From: Selaginella moellendorffii
Lineage: Eukaryota; Plantae; Lycopodiophyta
Assembly (NCBI RefSeq): GCF_000143415.4
Contig: NW_003314411.1
Location: forward strand, 62,452-126,451
DNA length: 64,000 nucleotides
Reading direction: 5' to 3'
Positions 12,259-22,288 of this stretch are shown here, in pieces. How positions within the stretch are numbered: position 1 is the first letter of the stretch; the number at the start of each line of letters is the position of its first letter. Under the pieces are notes generated by a model. That model was not told where the DNA came from and did not search any database. It saw only the letters and a program-made list of their open reading frames with translations. Position numbers and translations under genes: made by a program.

Positions 12259-12571
12259 TAGAAAATGTATGGATTGATTTGATATTTTCTTTGGTGCATT
12301 CTTCTTGGGGTTTTATACAAGGCCAGATGGCTAAAATCGTGCCATGCCTTCATCCAAAATATAGCTTTCTAGAATAACTGGAATTATGTGGCAGAAAAAT
12401 GGATAAGTTCTAAAAAGAACTCAACCAGAAAAAAAGGAGGAAAATTTGCTGGAAATAAAGAACTTAAAACAAACAGGAACTTTGGAGATAACTTGCATTT
12501 CGAAAGTACGTGAAGGATTATATATGTGGAAGCTTAGTGTATGAAATTTACGAGATTTAGGGTTCATCGCA

Positions 12572-13387
12572 ATGGAGGTGCCGCTAGGCGGCGGTCGGGC
12601 GCTGCGCTTCTTTCTCTTCGATGGCGTGAGCAACAGCGGGTAAGGCGCTCTGGCTAGATTCGCTCTTTATTTCCATTGGAATCTTTCCAGTGAGCTGCTG
12701 GCTTCGCTTCAAGCCGGGACACTCTCTCCCGAGGTTGCGCTCTTCAATGCATCGCTGGTATTATTTCTCTCTGTTTTCCAAGAGAACTTCCATTGCGTTT
12801 TCGCTGCTCTTGTAGGTGCCGGATTTGTTTCCAGTGCTTGCGTCGGCACACCGGACGCTCTTGTCGCAGTCGCGAGGTAATCTCGTCACGCGAACTCTAC
12901 ACTCGGAGCTCGTTTACAACTTTTCTGGATCGAAACACGTAAGTTCTGGTGTTCTTTCAAGAGTTTCTTAGTTTATAGTTCTTCTCCTTTTCTTTCTTCT
13001 TTGTTTCTAGATCACGGAATCACTGCGAAGGTGTGGAATTTCAAGCGGTACCAGCTACGTTCTAGTTGTTCAGTTCGACTGTCCTGCTGAAAAGGTGACT
13101 CTCTCTCTCTCTCTCTCTCTCTTTTATGATTTATACAACGATCGTTATCTCACGCAGGAGAATGAAGTGAGGAAGCTCATCCAAGGACGAGAAATAAGCT
13201 TGGAGGAACTGGCAAAGCGAGCAGACACGGCTCTCATCCAAAAGGTAGAAACAGCTCTAGCATTTTCCTTTCTGACTTGTTCTTTGTTATATGCATGCAG
13301 CATTTCAAGGTTCCACCGCTGGAGTTGGAAATCTCCTCCTTGACCGACGCCGTGACATCCCGCATTGCAGCTCGGGATGCACTCTAA
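12572..13387 (+). CDS. CGI121: EKC/KEOPS complex subunit CGI121/TPRKB, 6 exons
   Basis: Spliced product includes LVTRTLHSELVYNFSGSKHITESLRRCGI and ends LTDAVTSRIAARDAL*. Confidence 0.92.
13099..13122. repeat. (CT)n microsatellite in a CGI121 intron
   Basis: Direct reading. Confidence 0.9.
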
Positions 13388-13983
13388 TCTAGGTGTAAGA
13401 TTTTCCTAAGTAAAGGAAGCATTTTGCGTGTTTGGTCCGCTGATGAAATGGTTTTAAGCTCGTGATCCTGGCCAGTTCTTTGCAGCAATTTTCCACAGGT
13501 ACAATCTGACACAAAGCACCAGGTTTGCCTGAAAATTCTTTCCAGATGCGTTAACAAAGCAACAGGTTATAGAAGGTTTTTCATCCAAGGTAAGCAAGCA
13601 TTCCCTCACTCTCCTAGCTAGTTATGCCTTTTCGAGATAACAGCATCCAAATTCCGACATGTTTGACATGGTTGAACTAGAAAATAGAAAGTTACGTCAT
13701 AAGCATTTTGATCAAGTCGGTTTTCTATTTTCTTTTTTATTTTGCGTATCTCATATTTTTTATCCCAGGAAGTCAGAAGTTTGGGAGAAGTTTCCAAAAC
13801 AGGCGCCCCCTAAATCCGTGCAACTGTACAAAATCTCTCGTGCACGCTCGACCGAAGATCCCGAAAGAGTTGAAACGAGTTGACGTATAAAGCGCAGTGC
13901 TCGAAAGCTCGTCGCTCTTCTCCCGCGGAGCAGCAAAAGATAAGCGCAGAAAAACTCTTTTTTCTTCTTGTTCCATCGTCTCA

Positions 13984-14746
13984 ATGGGTGTTGCGAGCCA
14001 AAGCAGTGTCGCAAATGAAGCCGGGGCAGCTCCAGAGGCTTCGATCCAGCAAACTCTGCGAGGCTTTTCGAGCCCCACCAGCTTGCTGCTCCGTATCGCA
14101 ACTGCAGTCCTGTGCACTCTAACTCTTGCGTTTCTCGTCACTTCCAAGGAGAGGAAGGAGATCGCCTCTATTGATATCGTTGCCATATGGTCCAACTCGA
14201 AAGCTTTGATGTAAGTTGGCTTTCTCTTGTTTCTTCATTTTCGAAGTAAATGGTGGTTGTTTTTTCACAGATTTCTAGCAGTCGTGAGTGGAATTTGTCT
14301 CGGCTATTCGCTTCTACACGCAGCAGTGTTCCTCGTCATGCTGTCTGGAAATCGAAATCCTCTGGCACGGAAGAAAGCTCTCGATTGGATGGTGTTCTTA
14401 GCTGACCAGGTACTCTAGCTTAAGAGTTTATCTTCTAAAGTTCTTAGATCTTTTGGAAGTTTTTCTTGAAGATCTTTTGTTGGTTCTCTATTAGAGTTTC
14501 TAACGCTGGTTTTGTTTAATGTTTTGGCAGCTCTTGGCTTATGCCATGCTCTCGGCCGCCGCGGCATCGGCAGAGGTGGCTTATCTTGCAAAGAATGGAC
14601 AAGTGAGCTCGGGATGGTTTGCAGTTTGCAATGCTTTCAGTGGATTTTGCAACAAAGTTGGAGTAGCACTCGTGCTCTCCTTCTTTTCTGTGATTCCCCT
14701 AGCTATCAACGCATTCATCTCGGCCTATCACCTAAGACCAAGTTAG
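13984..14746 (+). CDS. CASP-like (DUF588/MARVEL) membrane protein, 3 exons
   Basis: LLLRIAT..., GYSLL, W..FLADQ|[22 protein letters not shown] motifs; four hydrophobic helices. Confidence 0.9.
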
Positions 14747-14954
14747 AAGACAAAAAGCCTTCCCACACACCAAGAACAGGATGATAGAATGGAACACTGT
14801 ATCTTCTTTCATTTCTTTAGCTAGTTCGTCAAAGGGACAAGAGAAAAGAAAGAGAGAAAAAATCTACACTGCTGCTGCTTCCATAGTCTGCTGTAAACTG
14901 TGAAATGCAAACAAAGGATTTAGCAGAAGCTTCCAAAGGGATGTTGTTCTTACT

Positions 14955-15735
14955 TTACTTGAAGCCTTTGCTCCTCCTGAAGAGATAGTAGGCCGAGATA
15001 GCAGCCGACACGGCGAAGGCAATGACGGCAATGAAGGAGAGGAACACGGTGGCGGCGAAGTGGTCGCAAAATCTCTTGAAAGGCCCACACACCGCCTTCC
15101 ACTGGACTTTGTCCTCGCCTCTCTTGGCGATGTACGCAGCCTCTGCCGTGGCCGCGGCAGACCCCAGTAGCAAATATGTTAAAACCTGTTCACGAAGAAT
15201 CAGTGCCGCCTGGTCTTGGATAGAAGACAAAGAAGCAAGAAAACAGGCAACAGGAAAAACTGAAAAACTATACAGGAAAGAAGCGAGCAAAACGAAGCTC
15301 ACCTGGTCCAGAAGAAAGGTGAGCCAAGCGAGCACCGTGTTGTTAAGCACCCTCTTGTCTCTTATAAACGATAGCAACGATACGACTGCCTGGAGGAAAG
15401 CATAGCCACAGCAAATGGATGCTAAGACGAGCAGTGAGCTGCAAAGCGAAAAGGCCATAAGCTACAAAGAGAAAACAAAGAACTTACACTGGGGCTTTGG
15501 TGTTGTTGTATTTCGCTTGCAAAACTATCCCAGGAGCGATGACGGTAGTCTGGACGTTGTTCTTGAGCAGCACGATCACAGCAAGGCAGAAGGCAAAGGC
15601 CTTGATCCGGACCAGGAAATCCACCCCTTTGAGCAGCTTCCTGTGTCCAAAGCTCTCGTTGTTCGTCACCACTACACTCCCGGGACTAACTTGGCTCCCG
15701 ATTGGAACATGAGCATCGCCTCCCAGTACTCCCAT
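14955..15735 (-). CDS. CASP-like (DUF588/MARVEL) membrane protein, 3 exons
   Basis: DFLVRI, AKY, CGYAFLQ, AWLTFLLDQ|VLTYLLLGSAAATAE, W.AVC..F.RFC. Confidence 0.92.
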
Positions 15736-16064
15736 CCTTGAAGAACTAGACGAAAGCTGGCGTCGCGCACCAGGCCCTTTCTATGAACGCTTTGAAAATG
15801 TAGACTGCTACTGGTAACCACCAGAGGGAAGTAGCGACGGCCCCGCAGAAATATAGCTACTCAAACGGCCTTAAACGCCAGTAAAATCCGGATTTTCAAA
15901 CGGGAGAGTTGATCGCGCAACGTGAATTGGGCCGCTGTGCGCTGCCTGTTGATTTCGCTGCAATGAATACCCGGACAGGCGGCGAGCAGTAAATGCTGGC
16001 AAATGTGCTGCTGCGTAAAGTACCACCTCTACTTTATCACCACCTTCCGTTGTTCTAACCTGTG

Positions 16065-17838
16065 TCATTGAAATCCCTGAACAAAAAGGTAGCCAGTGAT
16101 TAGAAAAAGAAAGCCGTCTTTATCCAAATCCACCAACACTAGCTCACCTTGTTTAGGCTCATAAGCGCGTGTTGCTGCTGCTGCTGCTGCGGGTTAGCAT
16201 CCAAAGCGAGAGTTTGCTCGTTTTGTGGCAAACTTGACCGTCCTGAGATGGACTCTCGGTACAGACTGGTAATCACTGCACGCATCCGTTGGCTGTGACC
16301 CGAACAGTAAACTTTGGTCGCCAACGGTCTTGGAATGTCTGCTAGAGCCAAGGAGGAAGCAACATATATGAGCAGTTTGGAAAACAGACAGAGAAGGACG
16401 GACCTTGCTGTGACTTTCGCGAGTTATTGTCCTTAAAATCTTGAAGCAACGCATCAAAAGGTTTTCTCCGACCAGTAACAGCTCGTTTACTTGAAATTGA
16501 ATGTGATTTACCTATGCAGCAAAGCCAAGGCTTGTCATTCTTCAAGAGCGTCGAAGCACACACACTTACATGTCAATGGTTGCCTGCAAGGAGCTCCAGA
16601 TCGAGGTGACGGTACTCCACACATGATATCCAGGTCATCGACAGTGAACGGCAGATGCCTGAAAGTTAAGACCGAAACAGGATTAAATAAAACTAAGAAC
16701 GAACACAAATAGAAGTCTTACTGCTTTCGCCGTTTTCCGGATGAAGACAAACCTTCGGAATGTGAAACAGCACTTGGGCCCGCTACCAAGCAATCTTCTC
16801 CAGGATTACCGTCGCTCATCTCTACAAAGAACCTCGGCATTAAGTTTCAGCAGCTCAATTATGCAGCTTAGACCTCTTGGATTGTACACCGATAGTTTTC
16901 GTGGCCTCCCAACCTTTGGACCCGTCCCTCCCACTTCAGCTCCTGGATATAAAAAATCACAGATATGGTTTTCTCAGGATGCACAAAACCTCTTACGTTT
17001 TACTGCTTTTAATGTAGAAAAGCTTCCCATTTGCATATCGGACATGGATACCCCCGAGTCGAGCGGAGCTGCATCGTCCATGTCTTCGCCTAGCATTCCG
17101 TTTCCTAAACACCAGCAAGTATGACGTGAAAGAACGCAGCTAAAACTGTTACTTGATCTTGGAATAGTTCTCTTGCCACCATTCTCTACATCTACTCCGC
17201 TGTCCTCCGGCACCAACAATGATCTACAGCGCTCTGCAACAACAGGACACAAGGAGCTGAGAAAAAACCACATGAAATGGTAAACTAACCTGCATGAGCT
17301 GCATACTGGCTAACCTTAACAGGCTATTTGCACGCATTGCACGAAACCTGTATCGCTTCACACTCAGAAAGCCACGCAAGAAAAAACAAGAAAGTTTTTC
17401 TACATACAAGGCACAAGTGACCAAAGACGTGCACGTCTACAAGGAGAAGTATGCATCGGCAAACCAAAAGGATTAGATGGACCTGCTTCTTCCAAAAAAT
17501 TATCAGCCTCACTCATCTCTTTGTAGATAGTAAGCATTGCCACTCTCTCTCGAGCAATCTCTTGTGCTGGAAAAGGCAGAGAAAGCGTATGTTCCTAGCT
17601 AAGATAATTTCTACGCTAGAAAAAACCAAGGAATGAAGAAAACTAGGAGAGAATAGAGCAATGGTAAAGATAATTCGTACCTGGTGAAGGATCCAAATTA
17701 CTTCCACTCTGCAGAAGCCTTCCCATGGCTGCCAAATGCCCCCCAGCCGCAAACCCTCTCCCCAAGAGCCTGCAAGAACACCAAATTCCTCAACCTGGAT
17801 CGCGAAAACAACTAGATCACTCACATTTCCCCGTGCAT
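16065..17838 (-). CDS. SCA7-domain protein, candidate SGF73/ataxin-7 homologue; multi-exon, one in-frame TAG
   Basis: Exons spliced by eye give [10 protein letters not shown]...[18 protein letters not shown]...[18 protein letters not shown], then [23 protein letters not shown]|[21 protein letters not shown] (SCA7 signature), then [11 protein letters not shown]...[10 protein letters not shown] and PQQQQQQ. Both ends uncertain. Confidence 0.75.
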
Positions 17839-17986
17839 TTCCACTGCTCATTCACAGAGACGACGATCTTGGAGGAATCCGCAACCGCCCCTGCCCTAGA
17901 ACAAAGGACTGGATTCCAACGCAATACCAGCGAGCACCAAACGATAATCCGCGATCTGAGCAGCTTCCATCACCGATCGAGGATCC

Positions 17987-18005
17987 GAGAGAGAGAGAGA
18001 GAGAG
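17987..18005. repeat. (GA)n microsatellite
   Basis: Direct reading. Confidence 0.85.
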
Positions 18006-18059
18006 CGCCATCGCGAAGAGAGCGCAAATAAAAAAAAGGGGAAGTGATAACAAAGAAAT

Positions 18060-18131
18060 AGGTCCTACCGAGACTTGAACTCGGGCTACTGGATTCAGAG
18101 TCCAGTGTCCTAACCACTAGACCATAGGACC
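18060..18131 (-). tRNA. tRNA-Gln (anticodon CTG)
   Basis: Reverse complement GGTCCTATGGTCTAGTGGTTAGGACACTGGACTCTGAATCCAGTAGCCCGAGTTCAAGTCTCGGTAGGACCT folds as a cloverleaf with A and B boxes. A T-run terminator lies at 18037-18030. Confidence 0.97.
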
Positions 18132-18221
18132 AATTGCTGTGATGACGAGGCTACTACGGCAAACATAATGAAAATAAAAATACTCATCTTCCTCCATTTT
18201 TTTTCCTCTCTCCGAAGGGGA

Positions 18222-18923
18222 ATGGCCGACGCCAAGCAACACACGGGCTCCGGCGACGATGGTGGCGCTCCGGAGCTCTCCGCGCACACTCCAGCCACGC
18301 CACCGCTACCTTCCTCAGCATCCTCGCCACACAAGGTCAAATCTTCGCGACCCAGCTCGCCAAAATTTCTTTTTTCCTTTGCTCGATCGATTTTGCTCCC
18401 AAGCAATTGGATTCTTTAGTTTGTGTTGATCGATCGATCCATTCCCAGGAGCTACAGCAGCTTCAGTTGGAGCTCAGGCTGCTCGAAGCGCTCGAGATTT
18501 ATCATCCATCCAAGCTCCAAGGTAATAGCGATTAGATCGAGGAGAGAATTCCTCCACCAACTTGAGAGCGCTGTTTTCTCTGTGTGTCTGTCCAGGCATT
18601 CACCGGCACTTCATTCTCTATGGGCTCATGGAATTTCTAGAAAAGAGGTATGAAATCTTCAAACGCTCCACTCTCGATGCTATGATCCAATTTTTTTTCT
18701 CTACTTCTTACCAGATTAAACAGGCATTTTAGTGCCGCAGAGATCCTCCAAACCTTGAATGGATTCTACAACCTGGAATTACTGGTAAAAATCGCATTTT
18801 TTTTCACTTCTATGATCCCTCCCTTTGTTTTAGAAACCCGATGACGAAGAAGTGGAGCTAGCAAGCCACCAGGAAGATTTCTCGTTGCCCTCGTCCGTCA
18901 GAGAAGATCCAAAAGACGGTTGA
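18222..18923 (+). CDS. EAF7: NuA4 subunit EAF7/MRG-binding protein family, 5 exons
   Basis: Spliced LELRLLEALEIYHPSKLQGIHRHFILYGLMEFL...FSAAEILQTLNGFYNLELLKPDDEE...EDFSLP matches the plant EAF7 (CT20) pattern. Confidence 0.85.
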
Positions 18924-19175
18924 CAAGGACACGGATGCGTGACACGTGTTGCGCATCCGCCGAGTAGGGAATTCTCATTAACTCTTGACGCTTTGCCTCA
19001 CATTAGAATCTTTGGCGAGCCCACATTGACAAAAAACAATCATTGAACAACGTTGCCTTGTCCTTTTACTTCATATAAATATCATCATCCATTTCCATAG
19101 CCAAGCAAGTAGCAAGCCATAGAGCTCTAGTCGAGAGAAAGATAGATAGAAGCATTAGTAACGAAAGAAAGAATC

Positions 19176-19547
19176 ATGACTGCCACTTACAAGCACTTGA
19201 TCATCCTCTTTGCTTTTGTGATTTTCACAGAGATGACTTTGGCGGCGATGAAAGGCTGTGGACAATCCTGCACAAAGGACGAAGAATGCAAGGGAAAGTT
19301 AGCCTGCGTTGGGCAAACGTGTGGAGATGACCCCGACATGGAAACGCAAATCTGCGGGCCTAGCCAGTTTCCGAAAGGCTGCTCCAAGCCTTGCAAGGTT
19401 CACGACGACTGCCCAGGCAAGCTCGCTTGCATGGACGGTGCTTGTGGCGACGATCCGGCTATGGAAACTCACATTTGCTCGAAGACTGGTGGTCGCCGTC
19501 CACATCCACCAAAGGCTGCGCCGGCTCCAGAATCCGCCTCCGACTGA
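19176..19547 (+). CDS. Secreted cysteine-rich protein made of two kissper (kiwellin N-terminal) modules
   Basis: Signal peptide, then two copies of C-x3-C-x5-C-x-GKLAC-x4-CGDDP-x-MET-x-IC, then a short Pro-rich tail. TATA box at about 19074. Confidence 0.8.
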   Translation: MTATYKHLIILFAFVIFTEMTLAAMKGCGQSCTKDEECKGKLACVGQTCGDDPDMETQICGPSQFPKGCSKPCKVHDDCPGKLACMDGACGDDPAMETHICSKTGGRRPHPPKAAPAPESASD

Positions 19548-19555
19548 AGGAATGG

Positions 19556-19670
19556 AGTGATAATCATTAGTGTGTCCATCCAAAATTAAAAGATGATGGA
19601 AATAAGTCACTAGTGATAATCATTAGTGTGTCCACCAAAAATTAAAAGATGATGAAAATAAGTCACTAGT
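19556..19670 (+). repeat. 56-bp tandem duplication in the 3' UTR of the kissper gene
   Basis: agtgataatcattagtgtgtcca...aataagtcact occurs twice (19556 and 19612) with few mismatches. Confidence 0.95.
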
Positions 19671-20116
19671 AGACCATGTAAGTTCAATACCTCATAAAAA
19701 AGATGCAAGATGCAACGATCTTTTTTTTCTTGTCCCGAAGTTCATATGGTCCCGCGAGTCGTGGTTTCTTCATGCAGTCTGCCAAAAAGGCCACTGAATC
19801 TCATCTCGAGAAGAAAGGAAGAAAAACTGGACATTGATCTCGCGTACCTCATTGATCCTGATCTTCGCGTTAGATCTTCTCTTTCCAGTGTGAGTGTGTC
19901 CCTGCAAAACAGTAGCTCGAGCTAGGAAAGAACTGTGGATGAAAATGTCAGCCGTTTGCAACACGAGCAGCAAAAGATGATCAACCTTCTTAAAAACAGA
20001 GTCCATCTGAATCAACCCTGATGCATAGACGGCGATTGTTTAAAAACTGCTTCCAAACCTGTTTCGTCGGGTTTGTGCACATCCTTCTTCTTGTTTTTAC
20101 GAGCATCTAAAACGTA

Positions 20117-21924
20117 TCAACTTATGCCCGCGGAGTGAGCCACCGTCGCAGCGTTTTCCTGGATTAGCTGCAGTTTCTGCAGCGTATCTCTGTGCTTCTC
20201 TACCACCTCCGGCTGTGCTTTCTGTTCTTCGAGATGCTTCACCACCTCAGTCTGGCATTTTATCGCCTTGTCCCACCTGATAATAAGCAAAGAGCAAGTT
20301 TCAAGCTAGAGAAAGACAAAAATAAGACAAAGTTTTACCTGTTGAGCGAGGAGTACGCAGTGACCATGTTAATGGTTGCGGCCACTGTGTTTGGATGGCC
20401 AGTGCCGAAATGCTTCACGGAAATCACCTTCGCTCGCTCAAACTGCCCCGAAGCCAATACCAAGTTCTTAAGACCCAAGTTGGCAACCCCCATTGTGTTC
20501 AGCATGTCGCCGAGATCAGGATGATCTATGCCAACTTTGTCTTCAATCAGCTTCACACCGCGCCCAAGAATCGACACGGCAGTCTCACTCTTCTCCATGA
20601 CCAAGTAGATGTGTCCAACCCGGGCATACGTTTCTGCCAAAGAAGTTACTGCTTCTGGGAAGTTCACGTAAATCCTTTGAGCTTCCTCAAAGTGATCGAT
20701 GGCACTGTCATAGTCCTTCACCGCCTCAAAAAACGTTGCGAGTTCAGCAAACGTCTCAGCATCTTTCAGAGTGACGCCCTTGTTCTTTCGCAAGATCATA
20801 GATGCCTCTTCGGTGTGTGCAATTGCCTCGTCCGCCTCGTTTTCCAGCACGCAGATTCTCGCGAAGCAGGCGTGAGCAAATCCCTTCAGGCGGCCACGAA
20901 CTTCCTCATCGTCCAGGACTGCATTAAGAACCTCTTTTGCTTCCTCGTACTTCTCCGAGTCCATGTAACACTGCGCAAGCTCCAGCTCAATCCACCTCGC
21001 ATCCTCGTTCCTCCCATGCTTCAGGGCAAGCTCTTTCACCACCTTGAGCTCCTCGATAGACTTTGGAAGCTGCTTCAAGCCTCTGTACACGACTCCGAGC
21101 AGCCTTCGAGACCTGGCCTCATCGAAAGTTCCGTCTTCAGCAGAATCCAGCGCTTTCCTGCACTGCTCGGCAGCCTCTGGATATCGACCGAGCTCTACCA
21201 GGGCCTCGGCAGTGTGGATGTAGTCGTCCACAAATGCCCGCTTATCATCGCAAAGCTTCTCCTTCTTCGCGATGCTTGAGAGAAACAGCGGCAGAGCCTC
21301 CTGGAACTTCCGAGTAGCAACCAGAACTTCGGCCACCCGAATCTCCGTCTCTGCCCGTATAAGTTCAGTAGTCTCGTCCTCGTCCTTGTCAAGGAGCTCC
21401 AGCACCAGCTTGAGCTTTTGCATACACTTTGCGTAGTCCTTGTTAAGAAAAAATCCGTCCGCCTCTAGGTGTAAGCATAAAGCATGGAAGACCGAGCCTT
21501 GCGGCACGAGCTTTGCGGCCTTTTCAGCGCAAAGCAAGACCTTGTCCGCAGATCCTTGAATGGTGTAGAGCTTCCCCAAACAAAAGAAGTCCTGGAAGCT
21601 CTTCTCTTCGTCCTTGGCCGAGTCCACCATCTCCAGGCACTCGTTCAAATCCACGAACCTGATCTTCGACAAAGTTTCACCTTTACGGACATTGAGGATC
21701 TTCCTCTTTGCAAGTGTCTCGACATCTGTTTCCGGGCATTCCAGGAGATTTTTCATCCATTTCCACAATCGAGAGCTTCCAATGTTCTTGCTCGATCCAG
21801 TCCCTGGTGACGATTCCGGCTCCGATGGGGAAGATTGAGCGCTGGAAAATCCTCTCCCGCGCGCTATGGCTCGCATCATACCTCCCGATCGCCCGCGCCC
21901 CAGCGCCCGCGCCAATGCAGCCAT
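20117..21924 (-). CDS. Mitochondrial-type TPR protein (kinesin light chain-like repeats), 2 exons
   Basis: Arg-rich presequence (MAALARALGRGR...RGFSS) and TPRs including GIDHPDLGDMLNTMG and FGTGHPNT. An intron after ...SSLNR leads to a last exon WDKAIKCQ...AGIS*. Confidence 0.85.
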
Positions 21925-22288
21925 GGCGATGATAAACCCTAGCCCTAAACCCCATAAGATGCCTTGAAAATTCTAATGCATACGTGGCAGGCTCTTAGTG
22001 TGCCACGTGTCGTTTATGACCGTTCTGATAGTGACGTTGGGCCTTTCTAAAATGAGGAACAGCCTCGCGTATGAAAGCCATGCCCTAGAATTATGGCGGG
22101 CAGAGAAAGCTAGGGCGCGGTATTGTGATGGAGCGCTCTGCGAGCGTTTCTTGGCGCCTTGCTTGATCGATCGCCGGGTAAGCGAGATTCTTTCCGAGAA
22201 ACCAGGACTGGATTCGTGATTGCTTAGTGCCTCGCCGATTTCCCTTTCTACGCTTGGCCTCTCGAAATTCCGCGATAATCTTGCAAGC

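Noticed and set aside
20395-21279. 294-aa antisense ORF over the TPR gene, and similar long shadow ORFs over the PSKR and PPR genes
   Set aside because: Expected opposite GC-rich coding sequence; no recognisable motifs.
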